Assembly (NCBI GenBank): GCA_014728015.1
Contig: WJMI01000147.1
Span: 1-45,833 of the forward strand
DNA from: Chitinivibrionales bacterium
Lineage (GTDB): Bacteria > Fibrobacterota > Chitinivibrionia > Chitinivibrionales > WJMI01
Length of the DNA: 45,833 nucleotides
Direction of reading: 5' to 3'
The number at the start of each line of letters is the position of its first letter. The stretch's first letter is position 1. Made by a program: the position numbers and the translations under genes. Under the pieces are notes generated by a model. It was not told the DNA's origin, did not search any database, and was given only the letters and a program-made list of their open reading frames with translations. Below are positions 35,067 through 45,557 of the stretch, piece by piece.

Positions 35067-35420
35067 ATGGACTATCGTTTGGCACACGCGGGCCGTTTCC
35101 GCGTGATCGACATCCAGCAGGATATTGCCGTAACTTCCGATATTTCAGAACTGAGGGTGCTGGTGCGCGAGCAGCTCGCCGGCCAGGCGCCATACATCGC
35201 GCTTCGGTTCACCCGCGAGTCCTACCTCTGTTCCGGGAACGTGACGGTGCTTGTCGCCTGTTTCGAGATGATCAGAGAACGCCGCGGCGAACTCGCGATT
35301 ATCGATCCAAACCCCATCATACGCCATCTGCTCACGGTCATCGATCTCGACGGCGCTATCAGGGTGGTCGACACCGAAGAGGACCTGGCGCGGGCCGGCC
35401 ACGCCGCTGCTTCACGATAA
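35067..35420 (+). CDS. STAS domain protein
   Basis: STAS-sized; YIALRF..SYLCSG..VLV, RGELAII..NP.IR.LL.VIDLD; GAGG RBS. Confidence 0.72.
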   Translation: MDYRLAHAGRFRVIDIQQDIAVTSDISELRVLVREQLAGQAPYIALRFTRESYLCSGNVTVLVACFEMIRERRGELAIIDPNPIIRHLLTVIDLDGAIRVVDTEEDLARAGHAAASR

Positions 35421-35436
35421 GTCAAGAGTCCGGTTC

Positions 35437-36534
35437 TCAGAACGGGGGCGTTTCCCAGTCCGGGAGTTGCGTGTAGCAGCGCGGCTTTCGAAGCGGCACC
35501 AGGATGGTATCCACCGAAAGCGAGTCCTGTATCGCCTGAGGTACGAGCCCTTCGAACCCCGGTTCGAGCCACGCTCCCGCGGCAGCCACCAGGCCCCACC
35601 TTGTGTTTGATGATACCGAATCGTCAGGGACAATCCCTCGCTCGTGGTAGTCCCGGGCGCCGTCACCCAAGGGGAAAAACCTGAAGCCCGTGAGGACCAG
35701 CTCCGCCCCTGATGATCGCCACAGGCAGAACCGGTACTGGCCGATTGACTTACCGTAGCTCGGCATGCCCACCAGCATGACCGCGGTGTCGCCGAGTCCA
35801 TACCGGAGCGAGGCGGCGAGGATCTCGGCGGCGCTCGCCGTTCCCTGATGAATCAGCACGGCAATCTTTTTGCCCTCCCAGGCATCACCGGTCCTCGTGC
35901 TCGACCATATCTCGCGAACAAAACCCGTGTCGCCCGTCTCCTGCACGTCGTCCCGCCGCACTACCGAGTCGAAGGGGATTCCCGCCGGAAGAAACAGCTC
36001 CACTGCCGCGGTGCAGGACTCCAGGCTTCCGCCCGGGTTTTCGCTGAGATCGAGGATCACATTGGGGAACGGCTCGGCAAGCACTCCCAGCTCCCGCAGC
36101 TCCGCATCCGTTTCGGTGTTGAAACTGTCGATGCGCACCAGGACAGTATTGTCGGTAAGCTGTTGCGCGAAAACGGTTGCCGAAGTGCCGCGCTTCTTTC
36201 TCAGACACCCCGCGCACGCCGTCGGCCCCAGATCCGGGCAGTACGGAAGATACGAGGCAACGGTGAACGTCGTGTCGCCGACGTGACTGTACAGCGTGTC
36301 GGGAATTGCAGCGACAAGGTTTGACGGGTCGTTGTAGGTCAGGGCCTCTTCGTGGTCCGGGACCTGTGAAGAATACAGGCTGTACACTTTCAGGTACTGC
36401 CACACGCGCTCTATCTCGATAAGATCACGGTCACCGGAATCGGCGGGGTAACCGCAGCCAAGAAAGAGCGCCGTGCCAACAGGCAGAAGCAGCAGGCACC
36501 ATCGTGCCAAGGAATGGTACATGGTACTGTCCAT
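35437..36534 (-). CDS. S41 family peptidase, lipoprotein
   Basis: LFLG-C lipobox, RIDSF, ILDLSENPGG, GTASAAE (Ser), SYGK (Lys), GIVPD. Confidence 0.82.
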   Translation of the reverse strand: MDSTMYHSLARWCLLLLPVGTALFLGCGYPADSGDRDLIEIERVWQYLKVYSLYSSQVPDHEEALTYNDPSNLVAAIPDTLYSHVGDTTFTVASYLPYCPDLGPTACAGCLRKKRGTSATVFAQQLTDNTVLVRIDSFNTETDAELRELGVLAEPFPNVILDLSENPGGSLESCTAAVELFLPAGIPFDSVVRRDDVQETGDTGFVREIWSSTRTGDAWEGKKIAVLIHQGTASAAEILAASLRYGLGDTAVMLVGMPSYGKSIGQYRFCLWRSSGAELVLTGFRFFPLGDGARDYHERGIVPDDSVSSNTRWGLVAAAGAWLEPGFEGLVPQAIQDSLSVDTILVPLRKPRCYTQLPDWETPPF

Positions 36535-36561
36535 TACGGGTATGCGTCCGGCCGACGGGAG

Positions 36562-37254
36562 CTAACGCCCCGCTAGATGCGCTGCGCCCCGCCGTGCGCC
36601 TTCCCGAACGCTTCGTATCCTGCCGGCATAGTCGCTGCTGCCGAATACGAAATTGCCGGCCACAAAGATGTTGGCGCCGTTTTCGGCACACACCGCGGCG
36701 GTCTCGCCGTTGATACCGCCGTCAACTTCGATATCGAGCGTTTTCCCGGCGGCGACCGCGGCATCGTATACGGCCCGGACCTTGGGTACTGCATCGGCCA
36801 TGAATTCCTGACCGCCGAACCCGGCATATACCGTCATGATAAGCACCTGATCGATAGCATCCAGATAGGGAAGAAACAGGTCGACCGGTTTGTCAGGGTT
36901 CACCGTCACGCCCGCACGGGCGCCGCTGTCGCGTATGAGGGCAATAAGCTGGTCGAGCGGCTCGTCGATTTCGGCATGCACGATAATCGTGTCGGCGCCG
37001 GCCTCGGCGAACCGGGAGATGTACTTCGACGGGTTGGTCATCATGAGATGTACGTCGAGAGGAACCCGCGAGCACTTCTTCACGGCCTCAACCACCAATG
37101 GCCCGAATGTAAGGTTGGGCACGAAATGGCCGTCCATGACATCGCAGTGAATGAGATCGGCGCCGCCGTCCAGCACGGCGGCGATTTCACGTTCGAGCGC
37201 GCCAAAGTCGGCCGAAAGGATGGACGGGGCAATTCGTATGGTGCGGTTGTTCAT
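36562..37254 (-). CDS. rpe: Ribulose-phosphate 3-epimerase
   Basis: IAPSILSADF, HCDVMDGHFVPNLTFG, DVHLM, GFGGQ, EVDGG. Confidence 0.96.
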   Translation of the reverse strand: MNNRTIRIAPSILSADFGALEREIAAVLDGGADLIHCDVMDGHFVPNLTFGPLVVEAVKKCSRVPLDVHLMMTNPSKYISRFAEAGADTIIVHAEIDEPLDQLIALIRDSGARAGVTVNPDKPVDLFLPYLDAIDQVLIMTVYAGFGGQEFMADAVPKVRAVYDAAVAAGKTLDIEVDGGINGETAAVCAENGANIFVAGNFVFGSSDYAGRIRSVREGARRGAAHLAGR

Positions 37255-37377
37255 CACTTGTCCGCCGCGGTGCAGCACGTCCAAACAGCGAACACCGCGA
37301 AAGGACGCGCGCGAAGGAGAACGGCATGATACCTTTCGCGATCATTCACATTGTTCCCGGTTGATTGCATACGCCCT

Positions 37378-38535
37378 CTATGATGCGGCGGCGGCATCCT
37401 TGATCAACTGGAGCGCAATCTCGTTACGCTGTATCTGGTTCGTGCCTTCGTAGATCTGCGTAATCTTGGCATCCCGCATGCGCTTCTCCATGGGGTATTC
37501 GCGCATGTACCCGTACCCGCCCATGACCTGCAGGGCATCGACCGTCACGCGCATGGCAACATCGGAACAGAACAGCTTGCTCATGGCCGAATCTTTCGCG
37601 AACCGTTTCTCGCCCGCATCGATGGTTTTTGCAGTGGCGTACAGGAGCGCCCGCGCGGCCTCGACCTCGGTCGCCATGTCGGCCAGCATATGCTGGACCG
37701 CCTGGAACGAGGAAATAGCCTCGCCGAACTGCACGCGCTCGCGGGAATACTTGACAGCATCATCGAGCGCGCCCGCCGCAATGCCCAGGGCCTGGGCGCC
37801 GACCCCCGGCCGCGAGTAATTGAGGGTGTTGATTGCCACGATTGATCCCATGCCTTCCTTGCCGAGCAGGTTTTCGGCGGGCACGCGGAGGTCCTGGAAG
37901 ATCAGCTCGGTGGTGCTCGATGCGCGTATTCCCATCTTGTCTTCGTGCTTGCCGAACGAGAACCCAGCCATGCCTTTCTCGAGAATAAACGCGCTGATGC
38001 CCCGGGCGCCCCTGGCCGGGTTTGTCTTTGCCAGCACCGTGTATATCTCGGCGTTTTCGCCGTTGGTGATCCACTGCTTGGTTCCGTTGAGTACATAGGT
38101 ATCGCCGTCCTTGACCGCCGTGGCCTTCATCCCGAGCGCATCGGATCCCGCATTCGCCTCGGTCAACCCGAACGCCGCGAGCTTTTCGCCGCTGGCAATC
38201 GACGGGAGATATTTCTTTTTCTGTTCGTCGCTGCCGTAGAGAAGCAGCGGGAACGTTCCCAGCGCGGTGGCGGCCATGGCAAGCGAGATGCCGCCGCACA
38301 CTTTCGACAATTCCTCGACCGCGAGGCACAACTCGAAAATGCCGCCGCCCAGGCCGCCGTATTCCTCGGGGACATAAAGCCCGCACATGTCCGCCTGGCC
38401 CAGCGCTTTCACCACGTCCCACGGGAACGTGCCGTGAAGGTCGTATTCTTCGCGCACGGGGAGGATCTTCTTGAGGGCGATCTCGCGGGCGGTATCGACA
38501 ATAAACTGCTGTTCTTCAGTCAGGAAGTAATTCAT
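37378..38535 (-). CDS. Acyl-CoA dehydrogenase (butyryl-CoA dehydrogenase-like)
   Basis: [43 protein letters not shown]. Confidence 0.95.
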   Translation of the reverse strand: MNYFLTEEQQFIVDTAREIALKKILPVREEYDLHGTFPWDVVKALGQADMCGLYVPEEYGGLGGGIFELCLAVEELSKVCGGISLAMAATALGTFPLLLYGSDEQKKKYLPSIASGEKLAAFGLTEANAGSDALGMKATAVKDGDTYVLNGTKQWITNGENAEIYTVLAKTNPARGARGISAFILEKGMAGFSFGKHEDKMGIRASSTTELIFQDLRVPAENLLGKEGMGSIVAINTLNYSRPGVGAQALGIAAGALDDAVKYSRERVQFGEAISSFQAVQHMLADMATEVEAARALLYATAKTIDAGEKRFAKDSAMSKLFCSDVAMRVTVDALQVMGGYGYMREYPMEKRMRDAKITQIYEGTNQIQRNEIALQLIKDAAAAS

Positions 38536-39331
38536 GCTCGCTTTCCCCTTCGCTATGAGACAGGATTGTGCTCTTGCTGTAGTTGACAATGGCGCTCTGC
38601 GCGGCGTTCTGCTGGGCGATCTTCTTATTCGAGCCCCGCCCTTCCCCGAGCATCACACCCGCGACCTCAACCCCGACCGTGAACCGCTTGGCATGCTCGG
38701 GACCGCTGGTCGACAGCACGGTGTAGCGCGGCACGCCGAATCCATCGCGCTGCGCCAGCTCGAGGAGCGTGCTCTTGTGGTTGACATTGCGCTCGTCGCC
38801 GAGGAACTCGTCAATGCGACCGAACACCAGCCGCTTTAAACAGCCCCGCACCGAGCGCAGGCCGCCATCAAGATACATCGCGCCCAGAACCGCCTCAAAC
38901 GCGTTGGACATGATGGACTTTCGCTTCTGACCGCCGGATTTTCTCTCCGATGCGCCCAGGACAAGGTACCGGCCGAGCGCGATTGATGCCGCCACCTCGC
39001 CGATGATCTTGCGGCTCACTATTAGGGATTTCATCTTCGAAAGCTGGCCTTCGGAATACTTGGGAAATCGCGCGTACAGGTGCTCGGTGACCAGGCAGTT
39101 CAGCACGGCATCGCCCAGAAACTCGAGCCGCTCGTTCGAGTACAGTCCCTTGGGATCCTCGCCGCCGATTGCCGACTTATGCGTGAGCGCGTGGCGAAGG
39201 ACCGCCGCGTCGGCGAACCGGTGTCCTATCAGATCCTGCAGTGTGTCGAGTGAAGGATCGCGATCGCCGGGCGTGGCGGGCGAAAACCACCACGCGCGCA
39301 GCCTACTCGCCGCCGTTCTCAGGAGACCCAT
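38516..39331 (-). CDS. rnc: Ribonuclease III
   Basis: NERLEFLGDAVL signature, FEAVLGAMYLDGG, C-terminal dsRBD. Confidence 0.95.
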   Translation of the reverse strand: MGLLRTAASRLRAWWFSPATPGDRDPSLDTLQDLIGHRFADAAVLRHALTHKSAIGGEDPKGLYSNERLEFLGDAVLNCLVTEHLYARFPKYSEGQLSKMKSLIVSRKIIGEVAASIALGRYLVLGASERKSGGQKRKSIMSNAFEAVLGAMYLDGGLRSVRGCLKRLVFGRIDEFLGDERNVNHKSTLLELAQRDGFGVPRYTVLSTSGPEHAKRFTVGVEVAGVMLGEGRGSNKKIAQQNAAQSAIVNYSKSTILSHSEGESEHELLPD

Positions 39332-40562
39332 ATTTTTTGAGGACAAGACAGGCATTATGCCCGCCAAACCCGAACGAGTTGCTCATCGCGTAGGTGATGT
39401 TCTTCTCGACAGCCGTGTTGGGCGTGTAGGTGAGCGGGCACTCGGGATCGGGATCGTCGTAGTTAATAGTGGGAGGAATCAGGCCGTGATTGATTGCCAG
39501 CGTGGTTGCCACCAGCTCCGTCGCGCCGGATGCACCGAGCAGGTGCCCGGTCATGGATTTGGTGGAGCTTATCGCCACGGACCGGGCATGGTCGCCGAAC
39601 GCGGCCATGATCGCCTGTGACTCGTACTTGTCGTTGAGCTGCGTCGACGTGCCGTGGGCGTTGATATAGTCGATTGCCGACGGCTCGATGCCGGCACTGC
39701 GGACCGCCATCTGCATGGCGCGGCGCGCCCCTTCGCCCTCGGGGGCGGGCGCCGAGAGATGATGCGCATCGCCGGTCGCGCCGTATCCGACCAGCTCCGC
39801 GTAGATCGCCGCGTTGCGCGCCCGCGCGTGTTCGAGCGTCTCGAGAACGATAATCGCCGCCCCTTCAGCCATGACAAAACCGTCACGCTTTACATCGAAC
39901 GGACAGCTCGCCTTCGCCGGCGCATCATTGCGGGTCGACAGCGCCTTCATCGAGCAGAACCCCGCGAAACTGATCGGCGTTATCGTCGCCTCGCAGCCCC
40001 CGACCACCGCCACGTCCATCATGTCGTTGCGCATCACCAGCAGGGCATCGCCGATCGCATGTGCCGAGGAAGCGCACGCGCTGACACAGCAGTAGTTGGG
40101 ACCCTTCAAGCCGTATTTCATCGACACGAGCCCGGAAGACATGTCGGGGATCATCATGGGAATAAGAAACGGCGATACCCTTCCCGGCCCGCGATTGAGG
40201 AGCTTCGTGTGCTCCGCCTCCAGCGTGGCTATTCCGCCGATGCCCGAGCCGATGATGACCCCGCATCGCGTGCGGTCGACCGCAGAGAGATCGAGCTTCG
40301 AGTGACGCATGGCCTCGTCGGCCGCGGCCATGGCCAAGAGGATGTTCCTGTCGGTCCGTTTGACTTCTTTCGGCTCGACAAACGCGGTGAAATCGATGCC
40401 TTTCACCTCGCCGGCGACCTTGCTCGGATAATCGGTGGTGTCGAATGCCGTGATGCGGTCGAGGCCGCTGGTGCCGGTGCGCAGCGCGTGCCAGAAACTC
40501 TCGACATTGTTCCCCACGGGGCTGACAACGCCGAGGCCGGTTACCACAATCCTCTTGGACAT
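39303..40562 (-). CDS. fabF: 3-oxoacyl-ACP synthase II
   Basis: SACAS, NAHGTST, GHLLGA, SNSFGFGGHN. Confidence 0.97.
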   Translation of the reverse strand: MSKRIVVTGLGVVSPVGNNVESFWHALRTGTSGLDRITAFDTTDYPSKVAGEVKGIDFTAFVEPKEVKRTDRNILLAMAAADEAMRHSKLDLSAVDRTRCGVIIGSGIGGIATLEAEHTKLLNRGPGRVSPFLIPMMIPDMSSGLVSMKYGLKGPNYCCVSACASSAHAIGDALLVMRNDMMDVAVVGGCEATITPISFAGFCSMKALSTRNDAPAKASCPFDVKRDGFVMAEGAAIIVLETLEHARARNAAIYAELVGYGATGDAHHLSAPAPEGEGARRAMQMAVRSAGIEPSAIDYINAHGTSTQLNDKYESQAIMAAFGDHARSVAISSTKSMTGHLLGASGATELVATTLAINHGLIPPTINYDDPDPECPLTYTPNTAVEKNITYAMSNSFGFGGHNACLVLKKYGSPENGGE

Positions 40563-40691
40563 GAATCGTTTACTTTCCGCTCATCCTATCGGCATACTTC
40601 ACTGACATGGCAGGAAACAGCGAACGAAGGAACACCTTCGCGATCGCGCCGGCGACCCGCCGGGACCCCGGCGCACCGCAGGGCGCCGCGA

Positions 40692-40925
40692 CTACAATTT
40701 GCTGTCAAGGTACTCCAGCGCGTCCTTGACACTCTTCATCTTCTCGGCGTCCTCATCGGGGATCTCGATATCGAATTCGTCCTCGAACGCCATGATGAGC
40801 TCGACCTGGTCAAGAGAGTCCGCGCCGAGGTCGTCGACGAACGACGACTGCGGGGCAATCTTGTCTTCGCCAACACCGAGTTTCTCGGCGATAATCTGCT
40901 TCACCTTCGCTTCTCTGTCACTCAC
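40692..40925 (-). CDS. acpP: Acyl carrier protein
   Basis: [19 protein letters not shown]; GTG start with AGGAG RBS. Confidence 0.97.
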   Translation of the reverse strand: MSDREAKVKQIIAEKLGVGEDKIAPQSSFVDDLGADSLDQVELIMAFEDEFDIEIPDEDAEKMKSVKDALEYLDSKL

Positions 40926-40984
40926 GTTGTGCTCCTTTCAACGATTTGACTGCTCAAGGCGTATATAAAATGATAATTCGCGCC

Positions 40985-41728
40985 CTACATGACAAGACCG
41001 CCGTCAACGGCAAGCACCTGGCCCGTCACATAATCCGACAAGGATGATGCCAGGAACAGAACCGCATTGGCGACGTCATCGGGCAAGCCCAGTTTCTGCA
41101 TAGGAATCCGCGCGCTCAAGCTCTCCTTTGCCTGCGGCGAAAGCTTGTCGGTCATTGCGGTCTGGATGAATCCAGGCGCGACCGCATTGACGTTGATCGC
41201 GCGCGTTGCCAGCTCGCGCGCCAGTGTCTTGGTGAGCCCGATAAGCCCCGCCTTGGATGCCGCGTAGTTTGCCTGCCCCGCGTTGCCCATCAGCCCTACC
41301 ACGGATGCAATGTTGATGATCTTTCCCCCGCGCGCCTTCATCATCGGCCGCGCCGCTTCCCGGCAGCACAGAAACGCGCTCTTGAGATTGATGGCAAGCA
41401 CGCTGTCCCAGTCGGCATCCTTCATGCGCATGATAAGCCCGTCACGCGTGATGCCCGCATTGTTGACCAGGACGTCCATTTTGCCGAACGCATCGAGAAA
41501 CGACGAGAACATCGTCGAAACATCCCCGGCATTCGATACGTCGGCCTTGAGAGCCAGGGATTTCCGTCCATGCTTCTCGATATCGGCAGCGGTCTGTTGA
41601 GCGCTCTCCGGCTCGATATCGCATATGGCCACATCGGCGCCCGCCTCGGCAAGCTTCAACGCAATCTCCCTGCCTATCCCCCGGCCGCCGCCGGTAACCA
41701 GTGATGCTTTTCCCGCCAGATCGATCAT
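40985..41728 (-). CDS. fabG: 3-oxoacyl-ACP reductase
   Basis: TGGGRGIG, NNAGITRD, NYAASK. Confidence 0.96.
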   Translation of the reverse strand: MIDLAGKASLVTGGGRGIGREIALKLAEAGADVAICDIEPESAQQTAADIEKHGRKSLALKADVSNAGDVSTMFSSFLDAFGKMDVLVNNAGITRDGLIMRMKDADWDSVLAINLKSAFLCCREAARPMMKARGGKIINIASVVGLMGNAGQANYAASKAGLIGLTKTLARELATRAINVNAVAPGFIQTAMTDKLSPQAKESLSARIPMQKLGLPDDVANAVLFLASSLSDYVTGQVLAVDGGLVM

Positions 41729-41776
41729 GCCGCACCTTTCAGCAATGCGTTCGAGCTTCGCGCCCGGTGAAAACAG

Positions 41777-42697
41777 TCAGGAATTTGTTAGGGAATATAG
41801 ATTATCAACTGTGGCGCACGCTGCGACGCTTATCCCGGGATCGCATTTGCGGGCCAACCCTTTCAGCACCGAACCAGGCCCGACTTCGACACAGTTCACG
41901 GCGCCCTCACCGGCAATCAATGCCATGGCATCCACCCACCGTACGAGCGATACCAATTGCTTGACCAGCAAGTCTCTGATCTGCCCGGAATCTTTTGTAC
42001 GCTGCGCCGTGACATTCGGGATTATTTCGCACCGCGCTTCCCTGAATTCATACGATGCAATGAACGTTGCGAATTGATCCGCGGCCTGCTGCATGAGCGG
42101 CGAGTGGAACGCCCCGCTGACAGGAAGATCGACCACGCGTTTTGCGCCTGCCGCCTGGAGTTTCCCGCACGCGGCCTTGACCGCTTCCACATCCCCGGAT
42201 ATCACGGTCTGCTCGGGGGCGTTTTCATTTGCCGGTACCACCGTCCCGCTCTCGATTGAGGACAGCACCTCGGCAATCGTTTCGCGCGCAAGGCCGATGA
42301 CCGCAGCCATGGCCCCGGGAGCGACCGTGCCGGCCTCGCCCATCAGCTCTCCCCGTTTGGCCACAATCCGGACACCGTCGGCAAACGAGTACACCCCGGC
42401 CGCGTACAGCGCGCCGTACTCGCCGAGCGAATGCCCCAAGGCCAGTGCGGGAGTAATGCCGTTTTCTTGTAAGACATCGCATATCGCCGCCTCGGTAACG
42501 AACAGCGCCGGCTGCGTGTTTCGTGTCTGTGTCAGTTCTTCCGGGGGCCCTTCGAAACAGATCTTTTTCAGGTCGCGCCCGAGAATATCATTCGCCTCGT
42601 CGAACCGCCGGCGGGCCATTTCGAATTTCTCGAAAAAATCCGCGCCCATGCCGACTTTCTGCGAGCCCTGCCCCGGAAAAAGAAATGTCATCTCCAT
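41777..42697 (-). CDS. fabD: Malonyl-CoA:ACP transacylase
   Basis: FPGQGSQ, TQPA, GHSLGE, SGAFHS. Confidence 0.96.
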   Translation of the reverse strand: MEMTFLFPGQGSQKVGMGADFFEKFEMARRRFDEANDILGRDLKKICFEGPPEELTQTRNTQPALFVTEAAICDVLQENGITPALALGHSLGEYGALYAAGVYSFADGVRIVAKRGELMGEAGTVAPGAMAAVIGLARETIAEVLSSIESGTVVPANENAPEQTVISGDVEAVKAACGKLQAAGAKRVVDLPVSGAFHSPLMQQAADQFATFIASYEFREARCEIIPNVTAQRTKDSGQIRDLLVKQLVSLVRWVDAMALIAGEGAVNCVEVGPGSVLKGLARKCDPGISVAACATVDNLYSLTNS

Positions 42698-42713
42698 GCA
42701 TGTACCCTTTCGT

Positions 42714-43673
42714 TCAGAAACGTATGATCGCGCTCGCGCACGCCAACCCGCCGCCCAGCGACGTCAGCGCCACCAGCGTGCCGCCGGTAATGCGGCCGTC
42801 ATTGAACGCATCTTGAAGCGCGAGCGGAATCGATGCCGACGATGTGTTCCCGTACTCTTGAAGATTGGTGACCACTTTTTCCCGGGGCACGGCAAAATGC
42901 TCGGCGAGCGAACTGATAATGCGGGCATTGGCCTGGTGGGGAATCAGAAGGTCTATGGCGCCGTGATCGAGGCCGGCCGCATCGAGCGCCTTGAACACCG
43001 CATCGCCCATGAGCCGGACAGCGTGTTTGAAAACTTCGCTGCCTTTCATGGTCATACACCGGCGCTCGCCCCACGCCGGCATGGTAAGAATATCCGAAAG
43101 GCGGCCGTCACTGCTCAAATAGGTCCCGAGAATTCCCGTATCCGGCTGTTCATGCGCGGCAACGACCACCGCCCCGGCCCCGTCACCGAACAGGATTGCC
43201 GTGGACCGGTCGTTCCAGTCAAGCGTTTTCGAAATGATTTCGGCGCCCACGACCAGCACCTTCGCGCACTGCCCCGAAAGAACAAGCGCGTTGGCCAGGG
43301 AAAGCCCGTATACGAAGCCGGCGCACGCCGCGGAAATATCGAACGCGCACACGTCATGTATGCCCAGATGCCTGCCGATGAGACAGGCGGTCGAGGGGAA
43401 GAAGTAGTCGGGCGTGAACGTGGCGCAGATGATCCCGTCGATGTCGCCCGGCGCGAGCCCCGCCCCGGCAAGCGCCCGCGAAGCGGCGCGCGCGCCCAGC
43501 TCGGATGCGGTGGTCGGATCGCCCTTGTCAAGGACATGGCGCCGCTTGATGCCGGTGCGCGTGGTTATCCATTCATCGGAGGTATCCAGGATCTTCTCGA
43601 GGTCCTCATTGGTGAGCACCCGATCGGGGACCGCGGTCCCGACCGAGACGATATGTGCGCGCGTGGATGGCAT
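42714..43673 (-). CDS. fabH: 3-oxoacyl-ACP synthase III
   Basis: AACAGF, LFGDGAGA, PHQAN, GNTSSAS; start at ATG 43673. Confidence 0.95.
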   Translation of the reverse strand: MPSTRAHIVSVGTAVPDRVLTNEDLEKILDTSDEWITTRTGIKRRHVLDKGDPTTASELGARAASRALAGAGLAPGDIDGIICATFTPDYFFPSTACLIGRHLGIHDVCAFDISAACAGFVYGLSLANALVLSGQCAKVLVVGAEIISKTLDWNDRSTAILFGDGAGAVVVAAHEQPDTGILGTYLSSDGRLSDILTMPAWGERRCMTMKGSEVFKHAVRLMGDAVFKALDAAGLDHGAIDLLIPHQANARIISSLAEHFAVPREKVVTNLQEYGNTSSASIPLALQDAFNDGRITGGTLVALTSLGGGLACASAIIRF

Positions 43674-43704
43674 CTGCGTGCTGTGTCCCTTTCTGTCCGC
43701 GCCG

Positions 43705-44673
43705 CTACGCGGTCTGCAGTACCGGCAGGCGCCTGTGGACCGCCGCGACCGCCGCGAGAAGCGCATTCGCAAAAGCCTCGGTCGAGGACGAACCGTGTGC
43801 CTTGAAAACAATCCCCCGTATTCCCAGAAGCGGGACCGCCCCGTAGTTTTCGGGATTGAGTATGGTCATTCGCTTCTTGACCGCCCTGACAAGACGCTTG
43901 TGTTTTGCCAGCACCGATTCCATCAGGCTGTGAAAACTCTCGCATGCCTTGAGCAGCACGTTTCCCGTGAAGCCGTCGCACACTACGACATCAACATCAC
44001 CGGACAGCACGCGGCCGCCTTCGACAAAACCGCAGTATCCTTCGCATGCGCCCGCGAGACGTTCGCCGGCCTCCCCGAGCGTGCGCGTTCCTTTGGAGGG
44101 CTCATGCCCGATGTTCAGCAATGCCACGCGCGGGCACGCAATCCCGAGATGCCGTTTCACGTAGTCGAACCCCATGTACGCGAAGGCGACAAGGTGGTCG
44201 GCGCGGCAGTCAAGATTCGCCCCGACGTCCAGCATCAGCGACGGACGCTCCCCGGTAGTAGGCAGAAACGCGGCCAGTGCCGGGCGGGCGACATTATCGT
44301 CACGCCCGAGAAGAAACACGGATGCGCCCATCAGAATGCCCGTATCTCCCGCGGAAACGGACGCATCGACTGCACGCTCCTTCTGGAGCGAGATGCATCT
44401 CACGCTCGGAGATTGTTTCTTTGTTTTCCAAACCCGCGCGGGTGCATCGCCGGCATCGATTGTCTGCGGACAATGCTCGACAGTCAGCCCGTCTCCCCCC
44501 GGCCCCCGCCCGCTGAGAGCATCGAGTTCAGACTCGATTGCCGCGCGGTTGCCGCACAGGACCGCCGAAAACGGAATGTGGCTGCGCTGCCGGGCATCCA
44601 GCACGCCCCGCAACAGCGTCCGTGATCCGAAATCACCGCTTTCGACATCGACCGCCAGTCGAACAGGCACCAT
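43705..44673 (-). CDS. plsX: Phosphate acyltransferase
   Basis: SAGDTG, RPALA, DVGAN, LLNIG.E..KG, DGFTGNV.LK, KAHGSS; position between rpmF and fabH. Confidence 0.9.
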   Translation of the reverse strand: MVPVRLAVDVESGDFGSRTLLRGVLDARQRSHIPFSAVLCGNRAAIESELDALSGRGPGGDGLTVEHCPQTIDAGDAPARVWKTKKQSPSVRCISLQKERAVDASVSAGDTGILMGASVFLLGRDDNVARPALAAFLPTTGERPSLMLDVGANLDCRADHLVAFAYMGFDYVKRHLGIACPRVALLNIGHEPSKGTRTLGEAGERLAGACEGYCGFVEGGRVLSGDVDVVVCDGFTGNVLLKACESFHSLMESVLAKHKRLVRAVKKRMTILNPENYGAVPLLGIRGIVFKAHGSSSTEAFANALLAAVAAVHRRLPVLQTA

Positions 44674-44685
44674 GCGCGCGACGCC

Positions 44686-44865
44686 CTATTCTTCCGGCTC
44701 GATGACTTCCATGCCCCCGTAGTGCCCGCAGTTCGGACACACCCGGTGGGCCACCTTCGGCTGCTTGCAGTGCGAACACAACGCCGGTTTGGGCGCCTGC
44801 AGCCGATGATGCGAGCGACGTTTGTCGCGACGCGTGCTTGAGATCCTTCGCTTGGGTACCGCCAT
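44686..44865 (-). CDS. rpmF: 50S ribosomal protein L32 (zinc-binding form)
   Basis: MAVPKRRISSTRRDKRRSH, CSHC..CPNCG. Confidence 0.96.
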   Translation of the reverse strand: MAVPKRRISSTRRDKRRSHHRLQAPKPALCSHCKQPKVAHRVCPNCGHYGGMEVIEPEE

Positions 44866-44899
44866 GGAGTCCCCCTTGCATCGGCCGTGCCGATACGGT

Positions 44900-45391
44900 T
44901 CAGTGATGCGAGCTCTTGAGCTTGCGCAACGCCTCCCAACGGGGGTCGATGGAGTCATCGCGGTCGCGCGGGACCGCGTCGTTCTCAACACCCCTGCAAT
45001 CGGGCGAACAGAGCGGCATGATCGGCATGGCCGTCATGATTTCGTCATAGAGCGTCTGCCGTGTATCAACTTCAGAATCGTCATCCGAGTAGTAGAAATC
45101 CACCTCGTCCGCCGGCGCGCTTTCCCCGGGAGGCGCATCGCGGTGCTGAAGAATCATCCTGAATTCGCCGTGAAGGGGCAGGGACAACTCTTCGGCGCAT
45201 CGCGAGCATGTCGCGCGCACGGCGCACGAAAACGTCGCCGCCACGTGGATCTGGTAATGCAGAACGTCAAGCGTCCCGCGGCACGAAACCGGCCCCTGGA
45301 TAGCCCCCTCCCGTACATGCTCATCGGACATGACGGCATCCTGGGCGAGGGTACAGCGGCCCTGATTCAGTGTTTTAAGGTTGATTATCAT
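44900..45391 (-). CDS. yceD: YceD/DUF177 family protein
   Basis: CSRC, LCSPDCRG, DPRWEALRKL; directly upstream of rpmF. Confidence 0.9.
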   Translation of the reverse strand: MIINLKTLNQGRCTLAQDAVMSDEHVREGAIQGPVSCRGTLDVLHYQIHVAATFSCAVRATCSRCAEELSLPLHGEFRMILQHRDAPPGESAPADEVDFYYSDDDSEVDTRQTLYDEIMTAMPIMPLCSPDCRGVENDAVPRDRDDSIDPRWEALRKLKSSHH

Positions 45392-45405
45392 ATCGGCGAG
45401 GTGTG

Positions 45406-45435
45406 AAAATAATACGCCCTTGGAAAACCAGTCAA
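45406..45435 (-). promoter_or_regulatory. sigma70-like promoter for the yceD-rpmF-fab operon
   Basis: Minus strand TTGACT-18 bp-TATTTT (overlapping TATTAT). Confidence 0.35.
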
Positions 45436-45557
45436 GTCAGCATCATGGGGCTTCTCGCGCTCGGAAAAAACGACCCGCGGCGCGCGCCGGCCGCCCGAAA
45501 CGAGAATCGGGCTGCACCAGGCAGCCCGATTGAATTGCGCGCCTCTTTCGTGGGGGA

